DNA from: Escherichia coli
GTDB taxonomy: Bacteria; Pseudomonadota; Gammaproteobacteria; Enterobacterales; Enterobacteriaceae
Direction: 5' to 3' (one strand)
Length of the DNA stretch: 64,000 nucleotides
Assembly: GCF_003334765.1 (NCBI RefSeq)
Contig: NZ_QOWT01000020.1
The position numbers and the translations under genes are program-made. A model generated the notes under the pieces. The model was not told the origin of the DNA and ran no database searches. It saw nothing but the letters and a program-made list of their open reading frames with translations. This document shows positions 1 to 11,617 of this stretch, one piece after another. How positions within the stretch are numbered: the stretch's first letter is position 1; every line of letters starts with the position of its first letter.

Positions 1-296
1 GGCATTTTCCAGCCGGGGCCGAGGCTCCCCACCGGCGCGGGCGTTTTTGTCCGGTAACTGCTGTAGGTGCGGGAGAGAATGAACGGCAGCGGGCCGGGCA
101 GGGCGATGTCGGTTTCACCGGGAAGGACCTTTGCACCGAGCAGCGGATTGACCGGATGGCCGGACGTCACCCCGCCGGGGCACACCGAACAGGCCACGCC
201 GGTGGGGGCACCGATGCGTACCCCGGCTGAACCCTGGACAATGCTACCGCCATACTGCGTCATGTCGCCCTGACGCGCCGCCGGTTTTCCGCTCAT
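1..296 (-). CDS. rhsC: Rhs-family protein, N-terminal fragment (gene runs off the window start)
   Basis: Minus-strand ATG at 294-296 translates MSGKPAARQGDM..., the conserved Rhs N-terminus; no stop before position 1. rhsC rather than another rhs copy is inferred from the ybfA/kdp neighbourhood. Confidence 0.8.
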   Translation of the reverse strand, partial: MSGKPAARQGDMTQYGGSIVQGSAGVRIGAPTGVACSVCPGGVTSGHPVNPLLGAKVLPGETDIALPGPLPFILSRTYSSYRTKTPAPVGSLGPGWKM

Positions 297-481
297 CTGC
301 TCATCCTTGTTTTATCGGGTTATTTGTCTGCTGACAGGCGAAACCCTACAGATTTATAAGAAAGCCTTAAGTGAGATATCTGTCAGATAAGAACAATTAG
401 GAAAATATTTATATATATTTCATGAATATATGTTTCGATTGGTATAACGATGTCTAAATATTCCTCTGAACATCTTCCTGA

Positions 482-516
482 TACAAAAAACCGCCAGCGT
501 TTCCGCTGGCGGTTTT
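482..516 (-). terminator. Intrinsic terminator downstream of ybfA
   Basis: GC stem aaaccgccagcg/cgctggcggttt with a 4-nt loop; on the minus strand it is followed by a T-run (plus-strand aaaaaa at 485-490); lies about 20 nt past the ybfA stop. Confidence 0.6.
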
Positions 517-538
517 CAATGTATTCAAAACTCAGCAA

Positions 539-745
539 TCAATAAAAATCACCAGTTGCCTTTTCGGCCTGATCCATCCACACCGGTTTATCGCTGGTTT
601 TCGACCAGACGCGATGCAGGTAGCTGTAAAAGCGGGCGCGGTCTTTCCAGAAAAGCATGAAAGGCAGCGCCAGAACGCCCGCTGCAACCGCATAAGTACG
701 GCGTAAAAAGATAAGCCATGCAGGATATTCTCTGTAGAGTTCCAT
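539..745 (-). CDS. ybfA: Small uncharacterized protein YbfA
   Basis: 68-aa [19 protein letters not shown]... matches YbfA in size and sequence; divergent from the kdp promoter. Confidence 0.85.
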
Positions 746-949
746 ACTTTTCTCCCCCTTTTGTATCTACCCGGTGAATGGCACCGGAAAAATGAATTTG
801 TTTATCTGATGAAAATAGTACCGCCTTTTGTGTAATTTTACTACTCATCCGACCACTTATTTTTGCTTATTGATGGTTTATTTACATTCATCCTGTAATT
901 AAGTTACACAAAAGTTAAATTAATACTAAACATTAGTTAAATCATGGCT

Positions 950-1057
950 TTTGCCATTTTTATACTTTTTTTACACCCCGCCCGCAGATTTTTGCGAAAT
1001 CTTTGCAGCCAGAATTCTACCCTTCCGGTATCACTTTTAGGCCACTGGAGGTGCACT
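950..1057 (+). promoter_or_regulatory. kdpFABC promoter with KdpE-binding T-rich repeats
   Basis: AT-rich region directly upstream of kdpF containing catttttatactttttttacaccccgcc, which resembles the KdpE operator; exact boundaries not determined. Confidence 0.45.
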
Positions 1058-1147
1058 GTGAGTGCAGGCGTGATAACCGGCGTATTGCTGGTGTTTTTAT
1101 TACTGGGTTATCTGGTTTATGCCCTGATCAATGCGGAGGCGTTCTGA
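1058..1147 (+). CDS. kdpF: K+-transporting ATPase small subunit KdpF (29 aa)
   Basis: GTG start; translation (M)[28 protein letters not shown]; stop overlaps the kdpA ATG by 1 nt. Confidence 0.85.
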
Positions 1148-2820
1148 TGGCTGCGCAAGGGTTCTTACTGATCGCCACGTTTTTACTGGTGTTAATGGTG
1201 CTGGCGCGTCCTTTAGGCAGCGGGCTGGCGCGGCTGATTAATGACATTCCTCTTCCCGGTACAACGGGCGTTGAGCGCGTACTTTTTCGCGCACTTGGCG
1301 TCTCTGACCGTGAGATGAACTGGAAGCAATATCTTTGTGCCATTCTCGGCCTGAACATGCTGGGGCTGGCGGTGCTGTTTTTTATGTTGCTCGGTCAGCA
1401 CTATCTGCCGCTTAATCCACAGCAGTTGCCAGGGCTGTCGTGGGATCTGGCGCTGAATACCGCCGTCAGCTTTGTCACCAATACCAACTGGCAATCTTAT
1501 AGCGGTGAAACCACGTTGAGCTATTTCAGCCAGATGGCGGGCTTAACGGTGCAAAACTTTCTTTCTGCCGCCAGCGGGATTGCGGTGATTTTTGCCCTCA
1601 TCCGTGCGTTTACCCGCCAGAGCATGAGCACGCTCGGGAATGCCTGGGTCGATCTGCTACGCATCACGTTATGGGTGCTAGTCCCTGTGGCGTTGTTGAT
1701 TGCACTGTTTTTTATTCAACAAGGTGCGCTGCAAAACTTTCTGCCTTATCAGGCTGTGAATACCGTTGAAGGAGCGCAACAGCTGTTACCCATGGGGCCT
1801 GTAGCTTCTCAGGAAGCGATCAAGATGCTCGGTACTAACGGCGGTGGCTTCTTTAATGCCAACTCGTCGCATCCGTTTGAAAACCCAACCGCACTGACCA
1901 ACTTCGTGCAGATGCTGGCGATCTTCTTGATCCCAACGGCGCTGTGCTTTGCCTTTGGTGAAGTGACGGGCGATCGCCGCCAGGGGCGCATGTTGCTGTG
2001 GGCGATGTCAGTGATTTTTGTCATCTGCGTAGGCGTGGTGATGTGGGCAGAAGTTCAGGGTAATCCTCATCTGCTGGCACTGGGCACGGACAGCAGCATC
2101 AATATGGAAGGTAAAGAGAGCCGTTTCGGCGTGCTGGTCAGTAGCCTGTTTGCGGTCGTGACGACGGCGGCTTCCTGTGGCGCGGTGATTGCGATGCATG
2201 ATTCGTTTACCGCTCTCGGTGGCATGGTGCCGATGTGGCTGATGCAAATTGGTGAAGTGGTGTTCGGCGGTGTCGGTTCTGGTCTTTACGGCATGATGCT
2301 GTTTGTCCTGCTGGCGGTGTTTATTGCCGGGCTGATGATTGGTCGTACACCGGAATATCTGGGTAAAAAAATCGACGTACGCGAGATGAAACTGACTGCA
2401 CTGGCAATTCTGGTTACCCCGACGCTGGTGCTGATGGGCGCGGCGTTGGCGATGATGACCGACGCCGGACGTAGCGCCATGCTCAACCCTGGCCCGCATG
2501 GTTTTAGCGAAGTGCTGTACGCCGTGTCATCCGCCGCTAACAACAACGGCAGCGCCTTTGCCGGATTAAGCGCCAACTCTCCGTTCTGGAACTGTTTACT
2601 GGCGTTCTGCATGTTTGTCGGTCGCTTCGGGGTGATTATCCCGGTGATGGCAATTGCCGGTTCGCTGGTGAGTAAAAAGAGCCAAGCCGCCAGCTCCGGC
2701 ACGCTGCCAACGCACGGCCCGCTGTTTGTTGGCCTGTTAATCGGCACCGTGTTGCTGGTTGGCGCACTGACCTTTATCCCTGCCCTGGCGCTTGGTCCGG
2801 TGGCGGAATATCTCTCCTGA
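1147..2820 (+). CDS. kdpA: K+-transporting ATPase subunit A (channel-like)
   Basis: 557-aa [21 protein letters not shown]...; start chosen at the ATG overlapping the kdpF stop rather than the track ORF start at 1003. Confidence 0.95.
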
Positions 2821-2842
2821 TGATATTGAGTGAGCACTGAAT

Positions 2843-4891
2843 ATGAGTCGTAAACAACTGGCGCTATTCGAACCAACACTTGTCGTTCAGGCGCTGAAAG
2901 AAGCGGTGAAAAAATTAAACCCGCAGGCGCAATGGCGCAATCCGGTGATGTTTATCGTCTGGATCGGCAGTCTGCTGACCACCTGTATTAGCATCGCGAT
3001 GGCAAGCGGTGCGATGCCCGGCAATGCGCTGTTTAGCGCGGCCATTAGCGGTTGGCTGTGGATCACCGTACTGTTCGCTAATTTCGCCGAGGCGCTGGCA
3101 GAAGGCCGCAGTAAAGCGCAGGCCAACAGTCTGAAAGGGGTGAAAAAAACTGCCTTTGCCCGCAAGCTGCGTGAGCCGAAATATGGCGCTGCGGCGGACA
3201 AAGTTCCTGCCGACCAACTTCGTAAAGGCGATATCGTACTGGTAGAAGCTGGCGATATTATCCCCTGCGATGGTGAAGTTATTGAAGGGGGTGCATCGGT
3301 CGATGAAAGCGCCATCACCGGGGAATCGGCACCGGTGATCCGTGAATCCGGCGGCGATTTTGCCTCCGTCACCGGCGGCACGCGTATTCTTTCTGACTGG
3401 CTGGTGATTGAGTGTAGCGTTAACCCCGGCGAGACATTTCTGGATCGGATGATCGCGATGGTGGAAGGCGCACAGCGACGCAAAACGCCGAACGAAATTG
3501 CCCTGACCATTCTGCTGATTGCCCTGACTATCGTCTTTTTACTGGCAACCGCCACGCTGTGGCCGTTTTCCGCGTGGGGCGGTAATGCAGTCAGCGTAAC
3601 GGTACTGGTGGCGCTGCTGGTCTGTCTGATCCCAACCACTATTGGCGGCCTGTTGTCAGCGATCGGCGTCGCCGGGATGAGCCGGATGCTAGGCGCGAAT
3701 GTGATTGCCACCAGCGGACGTGCAGTTGAAGCGGCAGGTGACGTTGACGTTCTGCTACTGGATAAAACCGGCACCATCACACTCGGTAACCGTCAGGCGT
3801 CGGAGTTTATCCCCGCGCAGGGCGTGGATGAAAAAACGCTGGCTGACGCCGCACAACTGGCTTCGCTGGCTGATGAAACGCCGGAAGGCCGCAGTATTGT
3901 GATCCTCGCCAAGCAGCGTTTTAACCTGCGCGAGCGCGATGTGCAGTCGCTCCATGCCACCTTTGTACCGTTTACTGCGCAAAGCCGGATGAGCGGGATC
4001 AACATCGACAACCGCATGATCCGTAAAGGTTCTGTCGATGCCATTCGTCGCCATGTTGAGGCTAACGGTGGTCACTTCCCTACCGATGTTGATCAAAAAG
4101 TCGATCAGGTTGCGCGTCAGGGAGCCACGCCGCTGGTGGTGGTGGAAGGTTCTCGTGTGCTGGGCGTTATTGCGCTGAAAGATATCGTCAAAGGCGGTAT
4201 TAAAGAGCGCTTCGCCCAGCTGCGCAAAATGGGCATTAAAACGGTGATGATTACCGGCGATAACCGTCTGACTGCCGCCGCGATTGCTGCGGAAGCGGGT
4301 GTCGATGATTTTCTCGCCGAAGCGACACCGGAGGCCAAGCTGGCATTGATCCGTCAGTATCAGGCGGAAGGTCGTTTGGTAGCGATGACCGGCGACGGCA
4401 CCAACGATGCTCCGGCGCTGGCGCAGGCAGATGTCGCGGTGGCGATGAACTCCGGCACCCAGGCGGCGAAAGAGGCGGGCAATATGGTCGATCTCGACTC
4501 TAACCCGACCAAGTTGATCGAGGTGGTGCACATTGGCAAACAGATGCTGATGACCCGTGGCTCGCTGACCACCTTCAGCATTGCCAACGATGTGGCGAAA
4601 TACTTCGCCATTATTCCGGCGGCATTCGCGGCAACGTATCCGCAGTTAAATGCGCTGAACATCATGTGCCTGCATTCGCCCGACTCCGCAATCCTCAGTG
4701 CGGTGATTTTCAACGCCTTGATTATCGTCTTTTTGATTCCCCTGGCGTTAAAAGGCGTGAGTTATAAACCGCTTACCGCTTCTGCCATGTTGCGCCGTAA
4801 CTTATGGATTTACGGTCTGGGTGGGCTGCTGGTGCCGTTTATCGGTATCAAAGTCATTGATTTACTGCTGACCGTTTGCGGTCTGGTGTGA
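2843..4891 (+). CDS. kdpB: K+-transporting P-type ATPase catalytic subunit B
   Basis: 682-aa [25 protein letters not shown]... with P-type ATPase motifs (DKTGT at the phosphorylation site, TGDN, GDGTND). Confidence 0.96.
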
Positions 4892-4899
4892 GGTTTACC

Positions 4900-5472
4900 A
4901 TGAGTGGATTACGTCCGGCATTATCAACATTTATCTTTCTGTTATTGATTACTGGCGGCGTTTACCCGCTGCTGACCACCGTACTGGGGCAATGGTGGTT
5001 TCCCTGGCAGGCCAATGGTTCGTTGATTCGTGAAGGTGATACGGTGCGCGGTTCGGCATTAATCGGGCAGAATTTTACCGGCAACGGCTATTTTCATGGT
5101 CGCCCGTCGGCAACGGCAGAAATGCCCTATAATCCACAGGCTTCTGGCGGGAGCAATCTGGCGGTCAGTAACCCTGAGCTGGATAAACTAATAGCCGCAC
5201 GCGTTGCTGCATTACGGGCCGCTAACCCGGATGCCAGCGCGAGCGTTCCGGTTGAACTGGTGACGGCATCGGCAAGCGGGCTGGACAATAATATCACCCC
5301 GCAAGCGGCGGCCTGGCAAATCCCACGCGTGGCGAAAGCGCGTAATCTCAGCGTTGAACAGCTCACGCAACTGATCGCAAAATACAGCCAACAACCGCTG
5401 GTGAAATATATCGGCCAGCCGGTTGTCAACATTGTTGAACTCAATCTGGCGCTGGATAAACTTGATGAATAA
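4900..5472 (+). CDS. kdpC: K+-transporting ATPase subunit C
   Basis: 190-aa protein [25 protein letters not shown]...; start trimmed from track ORF 4876. Confidence 0.93.
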
Positions 5473-8149
5473 CGAACCCTTACGTCCCGACCCCGATCGT
5501 CTGCTGGAACAAACTGCCGCGCCGCATCGGGGGAAGCTGAAAGTTTTCTTCGGTGCCTGTGCAGGCGTCGGGAAGACCTGGGCGATGCTGGCAGAAGCCC
5601 AGCGACTGCGGGCGCAAGGGCTGGATATTGTGGTTGGCGTGGTAGAAACCCACGGGCGAAAAGATACCGCCGCCATGCTGGAAGGGCTGGCTGTTCTGCC
5701 GTTAAAACGCCAGGCGTACCGTGGGCGGCATATCAGCGAGTTTGATCTCGATGCCGCCCTCGCCCGCCGCCCGGCGCTGATCTTAATGGACGAACTGGCG
5801 CACAGTAATGCGCCAGGTTCCCGTCATCCCAAACGCTGGCAGGATATCGAAGAACTGCTGGAAGCTGGCATTGATGTTTTCACTACCGTCAACGTTCAGC
5901 ATCTGGAAAGTCTGAATGATGTGGTCAGCGGCGTCACCGGAATTCAGGTACGGGAAACCGTGCCCGATCCTTTTTTCGATGCCGCCGACGACGTGGTGCT
6001 GGTGGACTTGCCCCCGGACGATCTGCGCCAGCGGCTGAAAGAAGGCAAAGTCTATATTGCCGGGCAGGCGGAGCGCGCCATTGAACATTTTTTCCGCAAA
6101 GGTAATCTGATCGCCCTGCGCGAACTGGCACTGCGCCGTACTGCCGATCGCGTTGATGAGCAAATGCGCGCCTGGCGGGGGCATCCTGGCGAAGAGAAAG
6201 TGTGGCACACGCGCGACGCGATCCTTTTATGCATCGGCCATAACACCGGCAGCGAAAAACTGGTCCGCGCAGCGGCGCGGCTGGCGTCACGGCTGGGTAG
6301 CGTCTGGCACGCGGTGTATGTTGAAACCCCTGCCCTGCACCGCTTACCGGAAAAAAAACGTCGGGCAATTCTCAGCGCCTTACGTCTGGCGCAGGAACTG
6401 GGCGCGGAGACGGCAACACTTTCTGATCCAGCGGAAGAGAAAGCGGTAGTGCGTTATGCCCGTGAACATAATCTCGGCAAGATTATTCTCGGTCGCCCGG
6501 CCTCGCGCCGCTGGTGGCGTCGGGAAACGTTTGCTGACCGACTGGCGCGCATCGCCCCCGATCTCGATCAGGTGCTGGTCGCGCTTGATGAACCACCCGC
6601 CCGCACGATTAACAACGCGCCGGATAACCGCTCTTTTAAAGACAAGTGGCGTGTACAAATTCAGGGATGCGTGGTTGCCGCCGCGTTATGCGCCGTTATC
6701 ACCTTAATTGCCATGCAGTGGCTGATGGCGTTTGATGCCGCCAACCTGGTGATGCTGTATCTGCTTGGCGTGGTGGTGGTGGCGCTATTTTATGGACGCT
6801 GGCCTTCAGTGGTTGCCACCGTCATTAATGTAGTGAGTTTCGATCTCTTTTTTATCGCCCCACGCGGCACGCTCGCCGTCTCTGATGTGCAATATCTGCT
6901 GACCTTCGCGGTGATGTTAACCGTCGGGCTGGTGATCGGGAACCTTACTGCTGGCGTGCGTTATCAGGCGCGGGTAGCCCGTTACCGCGAGCAACGCACA
7001 CGGCACTTATATGAAATGTCGAAAGCTCTGGCGGTGGGCCGCAGTCCGCAGGATATCGCTGCCACCAGCGAACAATTTATTGCCTCCACGTTTCATGCCC
7101 GCAGTCAGGTGTTGTTGCCCGATGACAACGGTAAATTGCAGCCGTTAACACATCCGCAAGGAATGACGCCGTGGGACGATGCCATCGCGCAGTGGAGTTT
7201 TGATAAAGGCCTGCCTGCGGGCGCGGGCACCGACACGTTACCCGGTGTACCGTACCAGATTTTGCCGCTAAAAAGCGGCGAGAAAACCTACGGGCTGGTG
7301 GTGGTGGAGCCGGGGAATCTGCGCCAGTTGATGATCCCGGAACAGCAGCGCCTGCTGGAGACGTTTACGCTGTTAGTCGCCAATGCCCTTGAGCGGCTGA
7401 CGCTAACCGCCAGCGAAGAACAGGCGCGGATGGCAAGCGAACGTGAACAGATCCGCAACGCCCTGCTGGCGGCGCTTTCGCATGATTTACGCACGCCGCT
7501 TACGGTGCTGTTTGGTCAGGCAGAAATCTTAACGCTCGATCTGGCAAGCGAAGGATCACCCCACGCCCGCCAGGCCAGCGAGATCCGTCAGCATGTGCTG
7601 AACACTACCCGACTGGTGAATAATCTACTGGATATGGCGCGAATTCAGTCCGGCGGCTTTAATTTGAAGAAAGAGTGGTTAACGCTGGAAGAAGTAGTCG
7701 GCAGCGCGCTGCAAATGCTGGAACCGGGTTTATCGTCGCCCATCAATCTTTCTCTGCCAGAACCGCTGACCTTAATCCACGTTGACGGGCCACTCTTTGA
7801 ACGGGTGCTGATTAATCTGCTGGAGAACGCGGTGAAATATGCGGGTGCGCAGGCCGAAATTGGTATCGATGCCCACGTTGAGGGCGAAAATCTACAACTG
7901 GATGTCTGGGATAACGGCCCCGGTCTTCCGCCAGGCCAGGAGCAGACGATATTTGATAAGTTTGCTCGCGGGAATAAAGAGTCGGCAGTACCGGGGGTAG
8001 GGCTTGGACTGGCAATTTGTCGGGCGATAGTGGATGTACACGGGGGCACTATTACCGCGTTCAACCGACCGGAAGGTGGTGCCTGTTTTCGTGTTACACT
8101 TCCCCAGCAAACTGCCCCTGAACTTGAAGAATTTCATGAGGATATGTGA
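5465..8149 (+). CDS. kdpD: Sensor histidine kinase KdpD
   Basis: 894-aa protein [38 protein letters not shown]... (Walker A in the N-terminal domain, His-kinase H-box ...LSHDLRTPL...); 8-nt overlap with kdpC. Confidence 0.95.
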   Translation: MNNEPLRPDPDRLLEQTAAPHRGKLKVFFGACAGVGKTWAMLAEAQRLRAQGLDIVVGVVETHGRKDTAAMLEGLAVLPLKRQAYRGRHISEFDLDAALARRPALILMDELAHSNAPGSRHPKRWQDIEELLEAGIDVFTTVNVQHLESLNDVVSGVTGIQVRETVPDPFFDAADDVVLVDLPPDDLRQRLKEGKVYIAGQAERAIEHFFRKGNLIALRELALRRTADRVDEQMRAWRGHPGEEKVWHTRDAILLCIGHNTGSEKLVRAAARLASRLGSVWHAVYVETPALHRLPEKKRRAILSALRLAQELGAETATLSDPAEEKAVVRYAREHNLGKIILGRPASRRWWRRETFADRLARIAPDLDQVLVALDEPPARTINNAPDNRSFKDKWRVQIQGCVVAAALCAVITLIAMQWLMAFDAANLVMLYLLGVVVVALFYGRWPSVVATVINVVSFDLFFIAPRGTLAVSDVQYLLTFAVMLTVGLVIGNLTAGVRYQARVARYREQRTRHLYEMSKALAVGRSPQDIAATSEQFIASTFHARSQVLLPDDNGKLQPLTHPQGMTPWDDAIAQWSFDKGLPAGAGTDTLPGVPYQILPLKSGEKTYGLVVVEPGNLRQLMIPEQQRLLETFTLLVANALERLTLTASEEQARMASEREQIRNALLAALSHDLRTPLTVLFGQAEILTLDLASEGSPHARQASEIRQHVLNTTRLVNNLLDMARIQSGGFNLKKEWLTLEEVVGSALQMLEPGLSSPINLSLPEPLTLIHVDGPLFERVLINLLENAVKYAGAQAEIGIDAHVEGENLQLDVWDNGPGLPPGQEQTIFDKFARGNKESAVPGVGLGLAICRAIVDVHGGTITAFNRPEGGACFRVTLPQQTAPELEEFHEDM

Positions 8150-8823
8150 CAAACGTTCTGATTGTTGAAGATGAACAGGCTATTCGTCGCTTTCTGCGCA
8201 CGGCGCTGGAGGGCGACGGGATGCGCGTCTTTGAGGCCGAAACGCTGCAACGCGGCTTGCTGGAAGCGGCAACCCGTAAGCCAGATTTGATTATTCTCGA
8301 TCTCGGCCTGCCCGATGGTGATGGGATTGAGTTTATCCGCGACCTGCGCCAGTGGAGCGCGGTGCCGGTGATTGTGCTTTCCGCACGCAGCGAAGAGAGC
8401 GACAAAATCGCCGCGCTGGATGCCGGAGCGGATGATTATCTGAGTAAGCCGTTTGGCATTGGCGAATTGCAGGCCCGTCTGCGCGTCGCATTACGCCGCC
8501 ACTCTGCCACCACCGCGCCCGATCCGCTGGTAAAATTTTCCGATGTTACCGTCGATTTAGCCGCCCGCGTGATTCACCGGGGTGAGGAAGAGGTGCATCT
8601 CACACCAATTGAGTTCCGCCTGCTGGCGGTGCTGCTCAACAATGCCGGAAAAGTACTCACCCAGCGCCAGCTCCTTAACCAGGTGTGGGGGCCAAACGCG
8701 GTCGAACACAGTCACTATTTGCGTATTTATATGGGACATCTGCGACAAAAACTGGAACAGGATCCCGCCCGCCCACGCCATTTCATTACTGAAACCGGTA
8801 TTGGCTATCGGTTTATGCTTTGA
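8146..8823 (+). CDS. kdpE: Response regulator KdpE (OmpR family)
   Basis: 225-aa protein [17 protein letters not shown]...; ATGTGA overlap with the kdpD stop. Confidence 0.96.
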   Translation: MTNVLIVEDEQAIRRFLRTALEGDGMRVFEAETLQRGLLEAATRKPDLIILDLGLPDGDGIEFIRDLRQWSAVPVIVLSARSEESDKIAALDAGADDYLSKPFGIGELQARLRVALRRHSATTAPDPLVKFSDVTVDLAARVIHRGEEEVHLTPIEFRLLAVLLNNAGKVLTQRQLLNQVWGPNAVEHSHYLRIYMGHLRQKLEQDPARPRHFITETGIGYRFML

Positions 8824-8860
8824 ATATTAATTTTAATACAGCCTGCCTTTTATTAATTAA

Positions 8861-8888
8861 AGCCGTAATAATAAATACGGCTTTTTAT
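8861..8888 (+). terminator. Intrinsic terminator after kdpE
   Basis: Stem agccgta/tacggct with a 9-nt loop, followed by ttttat. Confidence 0.55.
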
Positions 8889-9038
8889 CTTAAACAACAC
8901 ACAAAAATAACAATTCAATATTTTATATTACTGAGTAAAAAGCTCATCATTAAATAAATTAAGATTGATCATTTTTTATTGATCACCTTCACAGTTCAAC
9001 CGTATTTCCTGGATAGAATATCTTCACCTTCATTCACA

Positions 9039-9296
9039 TCAGGAAAGGTAAATTAAATGGAAAATAACAGCCGCACTATGCCCCATATAAGGCGGACAAC
9101 TCATATTATGAAGTTTGCTCATCGCAATAGCTTCGACTTTCACTTCTTCAATGCCCGTTAGTCTACCGACTAAGGGCACTTCAGCGTACAGGTCTTCCTG
9201 ACTCTCTGTATTACAGGCATATGCCTGTATTCCGCAGTGCTCATTCTCTGTTAACCCTTGTATTATCAGCCACCTGACTGGTAAGGGTTTCTGCAT
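9039..9296 (-). other. 85-aa ORF antisense to the speFL leader (ybfK-style annotation); probably not a real gene
   Basis: Track ORF MQKPLPVRWLIIQG...; it fully overlaps speFL and the speF leader on the opposite strand and has no convincing RBS. Confidence 0.2.
9057..9161 (+). CDS. speFL: Ornithine-sensing leader (arrest) peptide SpeFL, 34 aa
   Basis: ATG 9057 preceded by aggaaagg; translation MENNSRTMPHIRRTTHIMKFAHRNSFDFHFFNAR, then TAG; sits about 260 nt upstream of speF. Confidence 0.8.
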   Translation: MENNSRTMPHIRRTTHIMKFAHRNSFDFHFFNAR

Positions 9297-9418
9297 TCTG
9301 AAAAAAGCAATCTACCTGATTTATTTATCAGCGGGGTAACTTTGCTTTTTTCCGGCACGATCGATTTCTCATTCGAGAAATTGAGGACCTGCTATTACCT
9401 AAAATAAAGAGATGAAAA

Positions 9419-11617
9419 ATGTCAAAATTAAAAATTGCGGTTAGTGATTCTTGCCCGGACTGTTTTACCACGCAGCGAGAATGTATCTACATTAATGAAA
9501 GTCGTAATATCGATGTGGCGGCAATAGTTTTATCGCTCAACGATGTTACATGCGGAAAACTCGATGAAATCGATGCCACGGGTTATGGCATCCCGGTATT
9601 TATTGCTACTGAAAATCAAGAACGTGTACCCGCAGAGTATTTGCCCCGTATTTCGGGTGTCTTTGAGAATTGCGAATCGCGACGAGAATTTTATGGTCGC
9701 CAGTTAGAAACCGCTGCCAGCCATTATGAAACTCAACTGCGCCCACCTTTCTTCCGCGCACTGGTCGATTATGTCAATCAAGGTAACAGCGCGTTTGATT
9801 GCCCTGGTCATCAGGGCGGCGAATTTTTCCGTCGCCATCCGGCGGGGAATCAGTTTGTGGAATACTTTGGTGAGGCGCTGTTCCGTGCCGACTTGTGCAA
9901 CGCCGACGTAGCGATGGGCGATCTGCTGATTCACGAAGGCGCGCCATGCATTGCACAGCAACATGCGGCAAAAGTGTTTAATGCCGATAAAACCTACTTC
10001 GTTTTAAATGGCACTTCATCTTCTAACAAAGTGGTTTTAAACGCCCTGCTAACACCGGGTGATCTGGTGCTGTTTGATCGCAATAACCACAAATCTAACC
10101 ACCACGGAGCGTTGCTACAGGCTGGTGCAACACCGGTTTATCTGGAAACGGCACGTAACCCGTATGGCTTTATCGGTGGCATTGATGCGCACTGTTTTGA
10201 AGAAAGTTACCTGCGTGAGCTGATCGCGGAAGTCGCACCGCAGCGGGCAAAAGAGGCTCGTCCTTTCCGCCTCGCTGTGATTCAGTTAGGCACCTACGAC
10301 GGTACGATTTATAACGCCCGCCAAGTGGTGGATAAAATTGGTCATCTGTGTGACTACATCCTGTTTGACTCAGCATGGGTCGGCTATGAACAGTTTATTC
10401 CGATGATGGCGGACTGTTCGCCGCTGTTGCTGGATCTTAATGAGAACGATCCGGGTATTCTGGTTACGCAATCTGTGCATAAACAACAGGCTGGTTTTTC
10501 TCAGACTTCACAAATTCATAAAAAAGACAGCCACATCAAAGGGCAACAGCGTTATGTACCGCACAAACGCATGAACAACGCCTTTATGATGCACGCCTCC
10601 ACCAGCCCGTTCTATCCGCTGTTTGCCGCACTGGATATCAACGCCAAAATGCATGAAGGTGTCAGCGGTCGTAATATGTGGATGGATTGTGTGGTAAATG
10701 GCATTAATGCCCGCAAACTGATCCTCGATAACTGTCAGCATATTCGTCCGTTCGTACCTGAACTGGTGGATGGTAAACCCTGGCAGTCGTATGAAACAGC
10801 GCAAATTGCGGTTGATCTGCGCTTCTTCCAGTTTGTACCAGGGGAACACTGGCATTCTTTTGAAGGCTATGCAGAGAATCAATACTTTGTCGATCCATGC
10901 AAACTGTTGCTGACAACCCCAGGTATTGATGCACGTAACGGCGAATATGAAGCGTTCGGTGTACCCGCGACGATTCTTGCTAACTTCCTGCGCGAAAATG
11001 GCGTAGTGCCGGAAAAATGCGATCTTAACTCCATCCTCTTCCTGCTGACTCCGGCAGAAGATATGGCCAAACTTCAGCAACTTGTTGCCCTGCTGGTACG
11101 CTTCGAAAAACTGCTTGAGTCCGACGCGCCATTAGCAGAAGTGCTACCTTCCATCTACAAACAGCATGAAGAGCGCTACGCCGGTTATACCCTGCGTCAG
11201 TTGTGTCAGGAAATGCATGATTTGTATGCCCGCCACAACGTGAAACAACTGCAAAAAGAGATGTTCCGTAAGGAGCACTTCCCACGCGTCAGCATGAATC
11301 CGCAAGAAGCCAACTACGCCTATTTACGCGGTGAAGTGGAACTGGTTCGTCTGCCGGATGCAGAAGGCCGTATCGCTGCCGAAGGTGCGCTTCCTTATCC
11401 TCCGGGTGTGCTGTGTGTTGTTCCGGGTGAAATCTGGGGTGGTGCTGTTCTGCGTTACTTCAGCGCTCTGGAAGAAGGGATCAACCTGCTGCCAGGTTTT
11501 GCACCGGAGCTGCAGGGTGTCTATATCGAAGAACATGATGGTCGTAAGCAAGTTTGGTGCTATGTCATCAAGCCTCGTGATGCGCAAAGCACCCTGTTGA
11601 AAGGGGAAAAATTATGA
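9419..11617 (+). CDS. speF: Inducible ornithine decarboxylase
   Basis: 732-aa ORF MSKLKIAVSDSCPDCF...; fold-III PLP decarboxylase. Confidence 0.95.
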   Translation: MSKLKIAVSDSCPDCFTTQRECIYINESRNIDVAAIVLSLNDVTCGKLDEIDATGYGIPVFIATENQERVPAEYLPRISGVFENCESRREFYGRQLETAASHYETQLRPPFFRALVDYVNQGNSAFDCPGHQGGEFFRRHPAGNQFVEYFGEALFRADLCNADVAMGDLLIHEGAPCIAQQHAAKVFNADKTYFVLNGTSSSNKVVLNALLTPGDLVLFDRNNHKSNHHGALLQAGATPVYLETARNPYGFIGGIDAHCFEESYLRELIAEVAPQRAKEARPFRLAVIQLGTYDGTIYNARQVVDKIGHLCDYILFDSAWVGYEQFIPMMADCSPLLLDLNENDPGILVTQSVHKQQAGFSQTSQIHKKDSHIKGQQRYVPHKRMNNAFMMHASTSPFYPLFAALDINAKMHEGVSGRNMWMDCVVNGINARKLILDNCQHIRPFVPELVDGKPWQSYETAQIAVDLRFFQFVPGEHWHSFEGYAENQYFVDPCKLLLTTPGIDARNGEYEAFGVPATILANFLRENGVVPEKCDLNSILFLLTPAEDMAKLQQLVALLVRFEKLLESDAPLAEVLPSIYKQHEERYAGYTLRQLCQEMHDLYARHNVKQLQKEMFRKEHFPRVSMNPQEANYAYLRGEVELVRLPDAEGRIAAEGALPYPPGVLCVVPGEIWGGAVLRYFSALEEGINLLPGFAPELQGVYIEEHDGRKQVWCYVIKPRDAQSTLLKGEKL

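Noticed and set aside
1003-1146. Upstream in-frame extension of the kdpA track ORF
   Set aside because: The known KdpA N-terminus (MAAQGF...) begins at 1147; the extension overlaps kdpF in another frame.
2286-4531. Several 160-300-aa minus-strand ORFs antisense to kdpA/kdpB
   Set aside because: All sit inside recognisable kdp coding sequence on the opposite strand and show low-complexity Ser/Ala/Arg-rich translations.
9039-9296. 85-aa minus-strand ORF upstream of speF (ybfK-style)
   Set aside because: It lies entirely antisense to the speFL leader peptide and leader RNA, has no convincing RBS and shows no domain-like features; most likely a spurious ORF. Kept as a low-confidence feature only because such an annotation exists in some references.
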